A DNA stretch of 64,000 nucleotides from Clostridiales bacterium (GTDB lineage: Bacteria > Bacillota > Clostridia > Christensenellales > JAISNN01). Location: positions 5,863 to 69,862 of the forward strand of contig JAISNN010000032.1 in assembly GCA_031276195.1 (NCBI GenBank). Direction: 5' to 3'. Shown one piece after another: positions 49,138-58,453 of this stretch (within the stretch, counting starts at the first letter, position 1; each line of letters opens with the position of its first letter). Under the pieces are notes generated by a model, which ran no database searches, had not been told where the DNA came from, and was given only the letters and a program-made list of their open reading frames with translations. The position numbers were made by a program, and so were the translations under genes.

Positions 49138-50118
49138 TTATTCGACTACTCCCCAATCTAATAACAGCAGTTCTTTACGTTTTTCTTTTGGCGTGAGCCA
49201 TTTTCTCAATTTATCACGCGAAGAAAGAACGGAGCTGGGAATATTATTAGAACGTTTCAAATAACTTTTCATTTGTTTAAACAAATCGGCATAAGAATAA
49301 AACTTCAATTTGACATAAAACCGCTCGTTATCGTTACGGTGGGAACGCTCGACCTTTCCGTTATGCCTCGGTGTCCGCGGGCGGATCAATTTATGTTTAA
49401 TCTTAAATTTATCACAAGCGATATCGAAGGCATGCTTTTCTTTTTTCTTCGGAAATAAAGTATATGTAAATTCTTGCCCGTTATCGGTTTGAACGATATC
49501 GGGTACATAACCGAAATAAGCGATTGCGCGTTTTAAAAAATCGACCGAAGAACCAGAATACTGTTCTCGATACGGATATATAAAACGTTCGCGCGTCGCC
49601 TCGTCGATAGCCGTATACTGATAAAACCGCATATCGGAATATTCCCCGGTGTAACATTCACAAGGAACGACCTTTACGTCTATCTGCATTTTAACGCCGA
49701 TTTGTTCGGGAGTATCATAAGGTTTAGGAACATATTTTGGTTTTTTTCGTTTCTTAACGGAATAATATCCGATCCGGCAAAGAAAACGGTAAAGCGTAAC
49801 CGGATCACGAACATATGAATGTTTAGAGCGAAGTTTGCCGTATAACTCGTTTAATCCGATATCCGGATTACGCCGAATCAAATTTGATATATTCTTAATC
49901 TCGTCGGCGGTTTGAGCGCGCGGATGAGGACTAAGCGGACGGGAAGATTTATTAAAAAGTGATTCGATCGTTCCGTCATATTGTCTACGCCAACGATAAA
50001 TAGATTGAACGGTACAATGATACCTCAAAGCGACATCGTCAATCCGTGCGTGTTGGCTCAAATTCAAAATTTTCAATTTTTCTTCCGGCGAAAAAGGTTT
50101 ATTATAATGCCTCGACAT
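49138..50118 (-). CDS. IS481-like DDE transposase/integrase (HTH plus rve core)
   Basis: N-terminal HTH 'VALRYHCTVQSIYRWRRQY'; catalytic 'MQIDVK', 'VQTDNGQEF', 'RPRTPRHNGKVERSHR'. Confidence 0.9.
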   Translation of the reverse strand: MSRHYNKPFSPEEKLKILNLSQHARIDDVALRYHCTVQSIYRWRRQYDGTIESLFNKSSRPLSPHPRAQTADEIKNISNLIRRNPDIGLNELYGKLRSKHSYVRDPVTLYRFLCRIGYYSVKKRKKPKYVPKPYDTPEQIGVKMQIDVKVVPCECYTGEYSDMRFYQYTAIDEATRERFIYPYREQYSGSSVDFLKRAIAYFGYVPDIVQTDNGQEFTYTLFPKKKEKHAFDIACDKFKIKHKLIRPRTPRHNGKVERSHRNDNERFYVKLKFYSYADLFKQMKSYLKRSNNIPSSVLSSRDKLRKWLTPKEKRKELLLLDWGVVE

Positions 50119-50181
50119 AATTTCCTCCTAAAAAAGCGCGATATTTTCATACCGCGCTTTTTTGCATTTTATATTATAATT

Positions 50182-50805
50182 TTATTTTTTTGAATAATTA
50201 AAAATTAATCGCGGCATTTTATCATTCAGCCTCTTAATATCGTCCTCTTCCAAATTAATTAAATTAAAGCCGTTATTCTCATAAAGAGATATTTTATATT
50301 CTTTTCTATTTGCGTAATAATCATTGTTTTTTACGCCCCAAAATTCTATGTATATATCATTATTAGGTAAATAAAAATCTGACAATACATTTTCGTCGGG
50401 ATTTTTAGGAAGAAATACGCTTTTTTCATAAGCGTGAACATAACCGTTATGATAAAGCCAATTATCGATAATAACTTCGGAATATGAACGGACATAATGC
50501 CCGTCGTCGCATTGATGAGCGGCTTCCCATTTTTTGCGCGGATCGTCGTTAGAAAAATCTTCTCGTTTGATAATTACTTGTTTGGTATATTGCTCCGGCT
50601 TATATATCCTTTTCTCCGTTTTTTCAATAATAGTTTTTTCAACTTTTATTTCAGGATTGCATTTATGCCCGTCTTTTGCTTTATACCAAATCTTACAATC
50701 AGGGCATTGCACGACCTCGCCGCTGTCCCGCAATTTAAAGCAATTAACGCAAATAGGATACATTCCGCTTGGATGTCCGCATATTTGACACACTTTTCCC
50801 GCCAT
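50182..50805 (-). CDS. Zinc-finger plus PD-(D/E)XK-like putative nuclease
   Basis: CQIC, CVNC, CPDC; 'DGHYVRSYSEVIIDNWLY...HAYE...SDFYLP...YIEFWG'; RBS AAGGAG before ATG 50805. Confidence 0.7.
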   Translation of the reverse strand: MAGKVCQICGHPSGMYPICVNCFKLRDSGEVVQCPDCKIWYKAKDGHKCNPEIKVEKTIIEKTEKRIYKPEQYTKQVIIKREDFSNDDPRKKWEAAHQCDDGHYVRSYSEVIIDNWLYHNGYVHAYEKSVFLPKNPDENVLSDFYLPNNDIYIEFWGVKNNDYYANRKEYKISLYENNGFNLINLEEDDIKRLNDKMPRLIFNYSKK

Positions 50806-50861
50806 AATTTTACACTCCTTATAAAAGAGCGCGTAAAATACAAAAAGTGCGCTCTCTCGCT

Positions 50862-50998
50862 TTGTTACCACACAAATAAAAAACGCCGCCGCTTTTTACA
50901 TACGAAAAAGACACACCTTCTGCCGAATTAAAAAGGCGGCGCGTATATTTTATTTGTGTGGTAACAATAGTATAACATACGGCGAAATTAAAAGTCAA
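50862..50998 (-). promoter_or_regulatory. Promoter followed by a long inverted-repeat leader
   Basis: Minus strand TTGACT-N18-TATACT; 20-bp perfect IR TTGTTACCACACAAATAAAA (50862-50881 / 50948-50967). Confidence 0.6.
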
Positions 50999-51071
50999 TA
51001 ATATATAATACATTTTGTAATACAAAGTTTTTAAAAAACATTTTAAAAAAACGGCTAAGAGTACTACACGC

Positions 51072-51119
51072 GCCCTTGTATTTTAACAAGCGGCGCGCCG
51101 GCGGCGCGCCGACAAGGGC
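51072..51119. other. Candidate rolling-circle double-strand origin (nested hairpins)
   Basis: GCCCTTGT...ACAAGGGC enclosing CTTGT-ATTTTA-ACAAG and CGGCGCGCCG-G-CGGCGCGCCG, ~180 bp downstream of rep. Confidence 0.5.
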
Positions 51120-51299
51120 AACAACGATTTACACGATACCCGAAACGGACAAGGGACGGTTTTGCCGCTAAACCGCTCAGCAAAAACCGCCCCAAAATAG
51201 ACCGAAATCGGGTCTTAAAAATGACAAATCACACCGTCAAACGACAGTGCTAAAAAAATTGTTATTTTGTTAAAGGAAAAAATGAAAATCAAACTACCG

Positions 51300-52502
51300 T
51301 CAGCAATTGAGTTCGGTCATCGTATCGTATACGGGAATGTCCTCGTCCTCAAAAACATCGTCCCACAAAATAAATTTAACGCAAAAATCAAATATCCGCA
51401 TAGCGATATCGTCGGAACTTAATTCCGTTTCGATCTCGGTAGGCAAAGAAAAAGAATAAAACAACCGCTCGTCGGTCTTGCCCATATATTTCCATATATA
51501 TTCCATAGCGGGACGGTAAGCGGAACGGGAACGACCGTTTATCGGAGCAAAATCGTTCCGTCCGAAAGTATCGTAAAAAAAACTGTTTCGATTCCGCGTT
51601 TCCATACGGCGGCTTTCCGGATTATACTCCCTCGTCTCGCGTATTACGCCTATCATTTGCCCTTCGGGAATAAAAAACAAGCCGTGAAAATGTATGCGGT
51701 CGGTCTTTTTTCCGCGCTCTTTGACGACGGCATATTTCCAACCGCGACGCGTATGTAAATTTGACAGACATTTTTTAAGTTTGCGCTCGAAGTCGTAAAC
51801 GGAACACTTCTTGTCGTCGCAAGTAAAAGTAACGAAATGCGTCCAAGGATTGATATACGCCTTACGACGAAAACGCTTCTTGCGTTCGTATAGATTTTTT
51901 TCCTTGCGCTCGATACGCTCCGCAATATACGTATCGTAAAGAGGATTATCTCCGAAGCGGTCAATCAGAGCGGACTTTATATATTCACATCTTGCCGCGC
52001 CTTTCAACTTTTTATTAAAACATTCCAAGTACAAAGCGTCAAAATGAAAATCAATAACGCCGCGTTGCCGCCAAACTTTACACTCGATACGGTACGCAAT
52101 ATATGCGTCGAGAGTAAAACTATGCTTGCCGAGAACGACAGAGAGATACCACTCGGAATATTTGGAAATCAGACCGCCGCGGATATGAAGAAATTGCGCG
52201 GTTTGAGAAAGACCTTGCTCCATACTCTCCGAATAGAGCAAAGAAAAATACGGATCAAATTCAAGACGGCGTGAAACTTTATTTTTAATCGGCAAAGCGA
52301 TACGATGACGAGCGCCGTCCGCATAGACCTTATATTTTGTCTTGCCGTTATCGCTTTTCTTTTGTTTGCCGGGAAATTCGGATACGGAAAAAACGGGCTT
52401 TTCATTAGTCGCGGTAAGCCCGTATTCAACTTGCTTTTCCAAAGGTAGCGGACAAGACGCGTCCAACGGAATATCCAAAAAATCAAACTGTTTTAAAAAC
52501 AT
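51300..52502 (-). CDS. HUH rolling-circle replication initiator
   Basis: Motif I 'HFVTFT', motif II 'RIHFHGLF', motif III 'EYIWKYMGK'; start chosen at MFLKQF (RBS GAAGGTG). Confidence 0.85.
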   Translation of the reverse strand: MFLKQFDFLDIPLDASCPLPLEKQVEYGLTATNEKPVFSVSEFPGKQKKSDNGKTKYKVYADGARHRIALPIKNKVSRRLEFDPYFSLLYSESMEQGLSQTAQFLHIRGGLISKYSEWYLSVVLGKHSFTLDAYIAYRIECKVWRQRGVIDFHFDALYLECFNKKLKGAARCEYIKSALIDRFGDNPLYDTYIAERIERKEKNLYERKKRFRRKAYINPWTHFVTFTCDDKKCSVYDFERKLKKCLSNLHTRRGWKYAVVKERGKKTDRIHFHGLFFIPEGQMIGVIRETREYNPESRRMETRNRNSFFYDTFGRNDFAPINGRSRSAYRPAMEYIWKYMGKTDERLFYSFSLPTEIETELSSDDIAMRIFDFCVKFILWDDVFEDEDIPVYDTMTELNC

Positions 52503-52804
52503 ACAAACACCTTCGTAACACGTTCGCTTGCGGGTGTAAACGGGCAAGCGGCTGTATTTTTCGCCCGCGAAAAATCTCCGCCGGCAACTTCTTTTCACTC
52601 CGTGAAAAGTATGCCCCGTTGACACGCCGCATTTTTTGCGCTTTTATATCGTCGCCGAAAGCGACAACGGGAAGATAAACTATCAAACAAGCCGCTTTCG
52701 GAACGAATATTGTAGCGCAAAAAAACGCTCTCTCGCCGCGAGGAAATTATCCGGTTTCCTTTTTGCCTCAGCGATCCGAAAAGATAAACGGTAAGCTTAC
52801 CGCT

Positions 52805-53008
52805 TTACATATCACTATCGCCGCTTTTTGTAAACTCAAAGAGTTTATCGGAATTTTGCAACAAAAACTCGAAAAAATCTCCGAAACTGCATTTACCGCT
52901 ATATCCTTGCAAAGCGATAAAAGAACAAAACCGATCGAATTTGTTAGTCAAAAGCGAACGACTAACACGAACCGAAAGCAATTTATCACGGTATAAATCA
53001 AAAAACAT
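52805..53008 (-). CDS. Small hypothetical protein (67 aa)
   Basis: MFFDLYRDKLL...; RBS-like AAGGT upstream; co-oriented with the element's genes. Confidence 0.5.
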   Translation of the reverse strand: MFFDLYRDKLLSVRVSRSLLTNKFDRFCSFIALQGYSGKCSFGDFFEFLLQNSDKLFEFTKSGDSDM

Positions 53009-53047
53009 AACTTTTTTTACCTTTTTTAAAATTTTTCGCAGAAATCG

Positions 53048-53156
53048 TTGACTTTCTACATTTAAAGGCATATAATACTAATACAAAGTAACCGACGGTA
53101 ACGGACGGCTTACAGTTTTGGATCCCGGCTTTCGCAAGATTGCTGGGAGTCTTTTA
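53048..53156 (+). ncRNA. Promoter plus ~75-nt candidate sRNA, convergent with ORF 53154-53510
   Basis: TTGACT-N17-TATAAT (53048-53076); GTAACCG...CGGCTTAC stem; terminator GATCCCGGC...GCTGGGAGTC-TTTT; no ORF inside. Confidence 0.65.
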
Positions 53157-53510
53157 TTTTGACGAAAATTTACCAATAAAAAACTTATGCCTACGTTTTA
53201 TTTTCTTTTTATCTATATCTTTTATATCAATAACTTTAACATTATTTACCGAAAGGCGATTAACCCCCGACCAGCGGGAAAAATTAGCGTCATAAAAAGG
53301 AATAGGATAAACATAACCTTTTCTAATTTTATTAATCCGATTATTGTTAAACCCGTCTTTGTCCTCCAAAGAAGTAACGACGTTAACGTTACATTTATCG
53401 CCGGAAAGTTCGCGGATATAGACATAATGTCCGCCGCTTTTATTGATACCTAAATCCTTGTTATCGCAATAACCGATTTTACCGACGAGAGATTTTTTTA
53501 ATTTGCTCAT
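53154..53510 (-). CDS. Small basic hypothetical protein, possibly a divergent PemK/MazF/ToxN fold
   Basis: 118 aa; 'GGHYVYIRE...VNVVTSLE' spacing resembles the PemK core; RBS AAGGAG. Confidence 0.55.
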   Translation of the reverse strand: MSKLKKSLVGKIGYCDNKDLGINKSGGHYVYIRELSGDKCNVNVVTSLEDKDGFNNNRINKIRKGYVYPIPFYDANFSRWSGVNRLSVNNVKVIDIKDIDKKKIKRRHKFFIGKFSSK

Positions 53511-53515
53511 AATTT

Positions 53516-55666
53516 TTACTCCTTTTCATTGTCGAGATATTTAAATAACTCGTTTACAAAATAACTGTTTTGACCTTTAAGCTCATCGAAACTCGCTTTT
53601 TCGGTTTCGTATTCTTTAACGTCCGCGATACCTACGGCGGAACGAAAAGTTTTTGTAAAAAAATAATCGCTGAAACAATCGGTAGAAAAACGGCGGGAAT
53701 AAATTTTCTTATTCATAAGATAATAAGTATGCTTCTCAACATTACCGTCAAGCGTACCTTGCTCCACTTCAAGAGCGAGTCGACAAAAACCGAAAGTGTT
53801 ATATATACGCTTGTAATAAGTATTTAATTTACCCGCAATACTTTTTAACATATAAATCAAAAGCGAATTATCGCCGCGCAAATAACGCATTTCGCGATAA
53901 AAATTCACGAAACGGGAAAAAATTAAATCATACAATAATTCCTCCACAAAAAACAAAGGCAAAGCGAGAATCTGATCGGAGCCGCCGCGGATATGAACGA
54001 TATTACATAACTCTCTCGCGTCCGCTCCCAAACTTTCGGGACGCTGTTCGTCAAGCAAAACCTTTACGAAAGGAAAAAAATCGACGGTAGAAGAATGTCT
54101 GATCATTTTCAAGAAAAAATTAAAACCGTCGTTCTTTTGGTTCGCGGTAAGATCGGTCTTCTTTAAACCTTGATTCTCGACTTGATTTCCGCGCTCCTTG
54201 CCGGCTTCGGTTATAACCAAAGCCCCGAAATCAAAAGAATCACGGTTAAAATTATCCTCGATAACTCTGCGCCCTAAACGGATAGCGTCAAAATCAAGAA
54301 TATGGGAATGACGGCTATACGCTGCCATAAGACGGGAATCCCGTCGAAAAAAATCATCGTTCCATAACGGGAAATTACCGACGTCGGAAATTACAACGTC
54401 CTCGCGGATTGAATAATTTGAAACTAAAAGCGAACTTTCAATCACATAAATAAAATACAACAAAGCATATGTTTCCAAAACATCCCAAAGTCCGCTTATT
54501 TCAAGCCCGTTGTTATAATACAAACCATACCTCTTAAAGTCATAACCGAAACAATCCTCCGATTTACCGCTTCTTTCAAAAATTTCACGCCGCCGGGAAA
54601 CAAAAGTCCGGCAAGTAGCAAGATTATATACCTCGTGAGCCGCAAAAGCGGAGCGCAAATCTAATTCAAAAATAATCCACGGAAAATAAGGAAATTTAAG
54701 ATCGTTTTCAAGCAGTAAGGAAAAAGCCTTATCGCGAAAAATATATGTCTGTGATAAAGCCATATCGGTCATTAGCGTAGTTTTTTTCTTGCCCATCGTA
54801 CCGACGATCATATTTACAATCGGAAGTGAATTAATAAACCCGCGATCGCGAAGTTCATAACGACGAAGAACGGAATAAGCTATTTTACGGCGGAAATAAT
54901 CGAATAAGAAAACCGCCGATCCGACCCAAAAATACCACGGCACAATGCGTAGCGGAATAGCAAGATCAACTATAAATCTATAAATCTGAGAATAAAAGAT
55001 ACCGAAATCAAAACTAACGACAAAATAAAACAAAAAAGCAAGAATAGATAAAACAACCGTCATCAAATTTAAATTTATAGCCCAAATAAAAAGCCAAAGC
55101 TTAAAATATACCGTGTGGTCACGCAAAAAAGAAAAAAAGCCGGATAAAAAATTGCGAAAGGGAATATATAAAATACGGGATACGCGCTTAACAAATTTAA
55201 GCGGAAAAGTATCTCTGTCATAATTGTTATTTTGCTTTTTAACGGAATTATATATAACAAAAACAAGAAGTATCAACACGGGTAAAAAAAGCGTTACGAC
55301 GGTCAAAACTCTGTATAGCAAAAGCCCGACAAAAGCGGCATAAGCCGAAAAATTTGCTTTGGTAAAAAGTAAAGACCAAAGCGCGGAAAATTTTTCAACA
55401 AAACCCGAATAGTCGGACGGAAAAGAAACGGTGATATCGGACGGCGGCAAAATCGACGGCTGCGCTACCGTGGGAGTTACCTCGAAAGGCAAATAAAACA
55501 GTTCGCAAAAATAATAACCGAGCGAATTCAAAAAATCCTTTAAAGCCAAAAAAGAACGCGACAGCGAATCTTGAAAAAAGAAAATCCCGCACAGCACAAA
55601 AATCACGGTCAAAAAACCGCAAATAAAATGCCGAAACTCAAATAATTTTATTTTTTCAAAACCCAC
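53516..55666 (-). CDS. pI/Zot-like morphogenesis ATPase with N-terminal transmembrane segments
   Basis: About four TM segments, then Walker A 'IVGTMGKKKTT', Walker B-like 'ALVITE', 'KMIRH' and 'LLDEQRPESLGADAREL' (Zot-like Q/R motifs). Confidence 0.7.
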   Translation of the reverse strand: MGFEKIKLFEFRHFICGFLTVIFVLCGIFFFQDSLSRSFLALKDFLNSLGYYFCELFYLPFEVTPTVAQPSILPPSDITVSFPSDYSGFVEKFSALWSLLFTKANFSAYAAFVGLLLYRVLTVVTLFLPVLILLVFVIYNSVKKQNNNYDRDTFPLKFVKRVSRILYIPFRNFLSGFFSFLRDHTVYFKLWLFIWAINLNLMTVVLSILAFLFYFVVSFDFGIFYSQIYRFIVDLAIPLRIVPWYFWVGSAVFLFDYFRRKIAYSVLRRYELRDRGFINSLPIVNMIVGTMGKKKTTLMTDMALSQTYIFRDKAFSLLLENDLKFPYFPWIIFELDLRSAFAAHEVYNLATCRTFVSRRREIFERSGKSEDCFGYDFKRYGLYYNNGLEISGLWDVLETYALLYFIYVIESSLLVSNYSIREDVVISDVGNFPLWNDDFFRRDSRLMAAYSRHSHILDFDAIRLGRRVIEDNFNRDSFDFGALVITEAGKERGNQVENQGLKKTDLTANQKNDGFNFFLKMIRHSSTVDFFPFVKVLLDEQRPESLGADARELCNIVHIRGGSDQILALPLFFVEELLYDLIFSRFVNFYREMRYLRGDNSLLIYMLKSIAGKLNTYYKRIYNTFGFCRLALEVEQGTLDGNVEKHTYYLMNKKIYSRRFSTDCFSDYFFTKTFRSAVGIADVKEYETEKASFDELKGQNSYFVNELFKYLDNEKE

Positions 55667-55687
55667 CGTCGCACTCCTTTTTGCTTC

Positions 55688-55783
55688 TCAAAAAATTTGC
55701 TTATACGTAAAAACAACGTAACCGACGAGTACGCAAAATATGAGAAATATAACGAGAGCAATAATATTCTTTACTTTTTTCAT
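55688..55783 (-). CDS. 31-aa single-TM peptide (candidate small virion protein)
   Basis: Manual translation MKKVKNIIALVIFLIFCVLVGYVVFTYKQIF; below the ORF-track cutoff; directly upstream of the ATPase; weak RBS. Confidence 0.55.
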   Translation of the reverse strand: MKKVKNIIALVIFLIFCVLVGYVVFTYKQIF

Positions 55784-55811
55784 ATTTTTCAATTTTTTTC
55801 ATCAAAAACTA

Positions 55812-55929
55812 TTGACTTTCAAAACTTTATACAGTATAATAAGCAATAGTTAAACGATTCAATCGTTTATTCCCGCCGATATTGGATTGCGGCATTGCCC
55901 CGAACGGATTAGTTTCGGGGATTTTTTTT
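55812..55929 (+). ncRNA. Promoter plus ~80-nt candidate sRNA, convergent with ORF 55909-56352
   Basis: TTGACT-N17-TATAAT (55812-55840); hairpin TAAACGA-TTCAA-TCGTTTA; terminator CCCCGAA...TTCGGGG-A-T8 overlapping the ORF's stop codon. Confidence 0.65.
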
Positions 55930-56352
55930 ACCTCGAAATATATCCATTTTCTTACGGTTTTCAAGTGAAGGAATAGAACTTTTAAAAACTTTATTTCTAA
56001 TCTTCTCTACATCTTGACCCGACACATCCATATTAGGATGATTTTCACGAAATTTCTTATTTACACGTATCGGCGCGCCCTCGTCATCTTGTATCTCTAC
56101 ATAATGCTTAAAATACGATTGACCCTGCTGATAATTTTTTAATCGCGTACGGTTTTTACCGTCGCGCGAAGAAAGCGGAACGACAGCAAGATCGTTTCGT
56201 TCATTTGCCTCAATCACCACAACAGGACGTTCCTTTACAGAACCCGTACACTTTCCGCTAAAATAATTATCATGAGTTATCAATGTTCTGCCTTGCGGTA
56301 CTCTACCGTTTACGGTTCTATTCTTATTTAATCGTTTCCTATTTTTACTCAT
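55909..56352 (-). CDS. PemK/MazF-like protein without adjacent protein antitoxin
   Basis: 'KERPVVVIE....LAVVPLSS' matches the PemK core K-x-RP-hhh ... hhP-h-S/T; RBS AAGGAG. Confidence 0.7.
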   Translation of the reverse strand: MSKNRKRLNKNRTVNGRVPQGRTLITHDNYFSGKCTGSVKERPVVVIEANERNDLAVVPLSSRDGKNRTRLKNYQQGQSYFKHYVEIQDDEGAPIRVNKKFRENHPNMDVSGQDVEKIRNKVFKSSIPSLENRKKMDIFRGKKNPRN

Positions 56353-56391
56353 AATCGTTTACTCCTTATCGTTTTTTAACGGTTTTAATAA

Positions 56392-58446
56392 TTACTTTCT
56401 CTTTTTGTATTTTCCTTTAATCCCATCCAAATAGATTTTATTGACGATCTTATTTTTCCTTCGTCCGGACGGCTTTAACAAACCGAGTCCGCCGAATAAT
56501 ACGGACAAAACGGACGGAACAAGGGTTGCCACGGCATACAAAATAAGTATTAAAAGAATAATACCTAAAACCCACTTTAAAATTTCCAATAATTCTTGCC
56601 ACCAATCACCGACGTCAAAAATACCGGTAGGAGGCGTTAAACCGGGCAACACGTCTATCGGGTCGGAAACGGCGGGTATAACCCGATAAACGCCGTCGCG
56701 CGCAAACGTCAAAGAAATTATATCGAAATTAAAAAAGTCGGTAGTCTGAACCGTATACGCTTGACCGGACCAATGAGAATCTAACGGACGATAAAACTCA
56801 TGCTTATAAATATCGAGCGGGAAACCGTCATAAGACGTTTGAGCAAATCTAAAAAGATAAGTATGCTGTCCCGCCGTATAAGCTTGATTTTGTATCACGG
56901 AATAATCGTCTTCCGAGATAAAAAGATTATCCCAATAATGATCGTTATTAGGAATAAAATTTGTAACATCCTCAATCATCTTAACGTTTGTAAACGTCGT
57001 TCCATAATTTTTACCGTCTTGACCGAAAATAATATTCCAAATATTTTTAATATTTACCGTCCCGCCGACGGAAAGATATGCGTCGTCAACGGTAAAATCA
57101 TATAAATTATAGCCCCTTGTCCTACCGGTATCTACGGCGCTATCCCAATAAACGGATCGGATAAACTGTCCGCCGTCAGAAAAAGCCAAATCATTACCGA
57201 AACGATCTTTTAAATATGTATTATACTCCTCGGTCCGCGCAAAATCGGTCTCTAAAAAATTCTTAATATCCGACGGCTTAACGACTAAATCGGAACTATA
57301 AAAGTACCAATACAATTTATCCAAATACGGACCGCCGTTAACGCCGGGAATACCGATAATGTAAGGATTCCAAGCCCACCACCAAGTGGGAATATTAGTT
57401 CCGTCAAAAAGATAATTATAATATAAACTCCGCGCATCATCGGAAAGATCCTCGGCGGTAGACAATCCCAGACGGCCCGGGATATAATTATTCAGCGCGC
57501 CGCTGGACGAAACCACAATAGGCTTAGTTTTATACTCATACCACTCCGCACGAATCCCGTACAAGTCTCCGTAAGTGTTAATATAATAATCGGGTACGGA
57601 AAAATATACGGAAGTAAGTTGATCCTCGGCATAATCTCCGCGCTCCGGATTATCGGTGCGCCAATATGTATCCTTAACTTCAAGAGATACCGTTTCCATA
57701 TCGGTAACGGAACTTATCAGCGTGCTATCGGCGTATCCGTCGGCTCCATACCCGGACGCAAAGCCCTTAAAAATATAAGAACCGCCTACGGCGTGATCAA
57801 CGGATTTATTTTTATTAACACCGTTTGCCGCGGCATTATCGTAACGAAATTCAATACCGGATATATCATAACGGCGTTCGCAATTATCCAATACCACGCC
57901 GGATAAATTCTGATCGCGAACTGATTCGGTAACTCTTTTTAAAATCGTTTTACCGTTTACGGCAGCATGATCTATAACGCGATATTTATAAAATAAACCG
58001 GCATAATCTCCGGAGGAAACCGAACAAAATTTCAATTGAAATTTTTCATAAGAATCAGGAATGCCGTTGCCGTCGTAAGACGTTGCAATTTCTATTCTGT
58101 CGGTCATAGAAGTTTTATTAAAACTAAAACCTTGCGGATTGTAAATATAAAGATAAAGACAATAATTTATTTGAGCGTTAGCGTAATAACTGTAACAATA
58201 TTCAACAAAACTTAAAACGGATAGTTTATGTTCGCTCCCGTCGGAATCATAAGGATAATCGGATAAATCAAAAGGTTCACCGTTGACCGTAGAAAATATC
58301 AAATCGTCTAAAACGTACGTACCGTCAAAACCATTCTTTTCCGACAAAGCGAAAGAAAACCCGGATATATCTAAAAACGGTATACCCGAACAAAAAATAA
58401 CAAAAAATGCGACGAATAAAAACATAAAAAATTTCTTACGTATCAT
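56392..58446 (-). CDS. Large surface protein with N-terminal signal/TM and C-terminal TM anchor (pIII/spike-like topology)
   Basis: 684 aa; hydrophobic N-terminus, 'WVLGIILLILILYAVATLV' near the C-terminus then a basic tail. Confidence 0.7.
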   Translation of the reverse strand: MIRKKFFMFLFVAFFVIFCSGIPFLDISGFSFALSEKNGFDGTYVLDDLIFSTVNGEPFDLSDYPYDSDGSEHKLSVLSFVEYCYSYYANAQINYCLYLYIYNPQGFSFNKTSMTDRIEIATSYDGNGIPDSYEKFQLKFCSVSSGDYAGLFYKYRVIDHAAVNGKTILKRVTESVRDQNLSGVVLDNCERRYDISGIEFRYDNAAANGVNKNKSVDHAVGGSYIFKGFASGYGADGYADSTLISSVTDMETVSLEVKDTYWRTDNPERGDYAEDQLTSVYFSVPDYYINTYGDLYGIRAEWYEYKTKPIVVSSSGALNNYIPGRLGLSTAEDLSDDARSLYYNYLFDGTNIPTWWWAWNPYIIGIPGVNGGPYLDKLYWYFYSSDLVVKPSDIKNFLETDFARTEEYNTYLKDRFGNDLAFSDGGQFIRSVYWDSAVDTGRTRGYNLYDFTVDDAYLSVGGTVNIKNIWNIIFGQDGKNYGTTFTNVKMIEDVTNFIPNNDHYWDNLFISEDDYSVIQNQAYTAGQHTYLFRFAQTSYDGFPLDIYKHEFYRPLDSHWSGQAYTVQTTDFFNFDIISLTFARDGVYRVIPAVSDPIDVLPGLTPPTGIFDVGDWWQELLEILKWVLGIILLILILYAVATLVPSVLSVLFGGLGLLKPSGRRKNKIVNKIYLDGIKGKYKKRK

Positions 58447-58453
58447 AACAACC

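Noticed and set aside
49138-50118. Stand-alone IS481 insertion
   Set aside because: I found no inverted-repeat pair or duplication closely bracketing the gene; the matching end and repeat lie 12 kb away
55688-55929. 31-aa peptide plus sRNA as a type I toxin-antitoxin pair
   Set aside because: The sRNA is transcribed away from the peptide gene and does not overlap its coding sequence; its geometry matches the PemK-like gene, as in the second module
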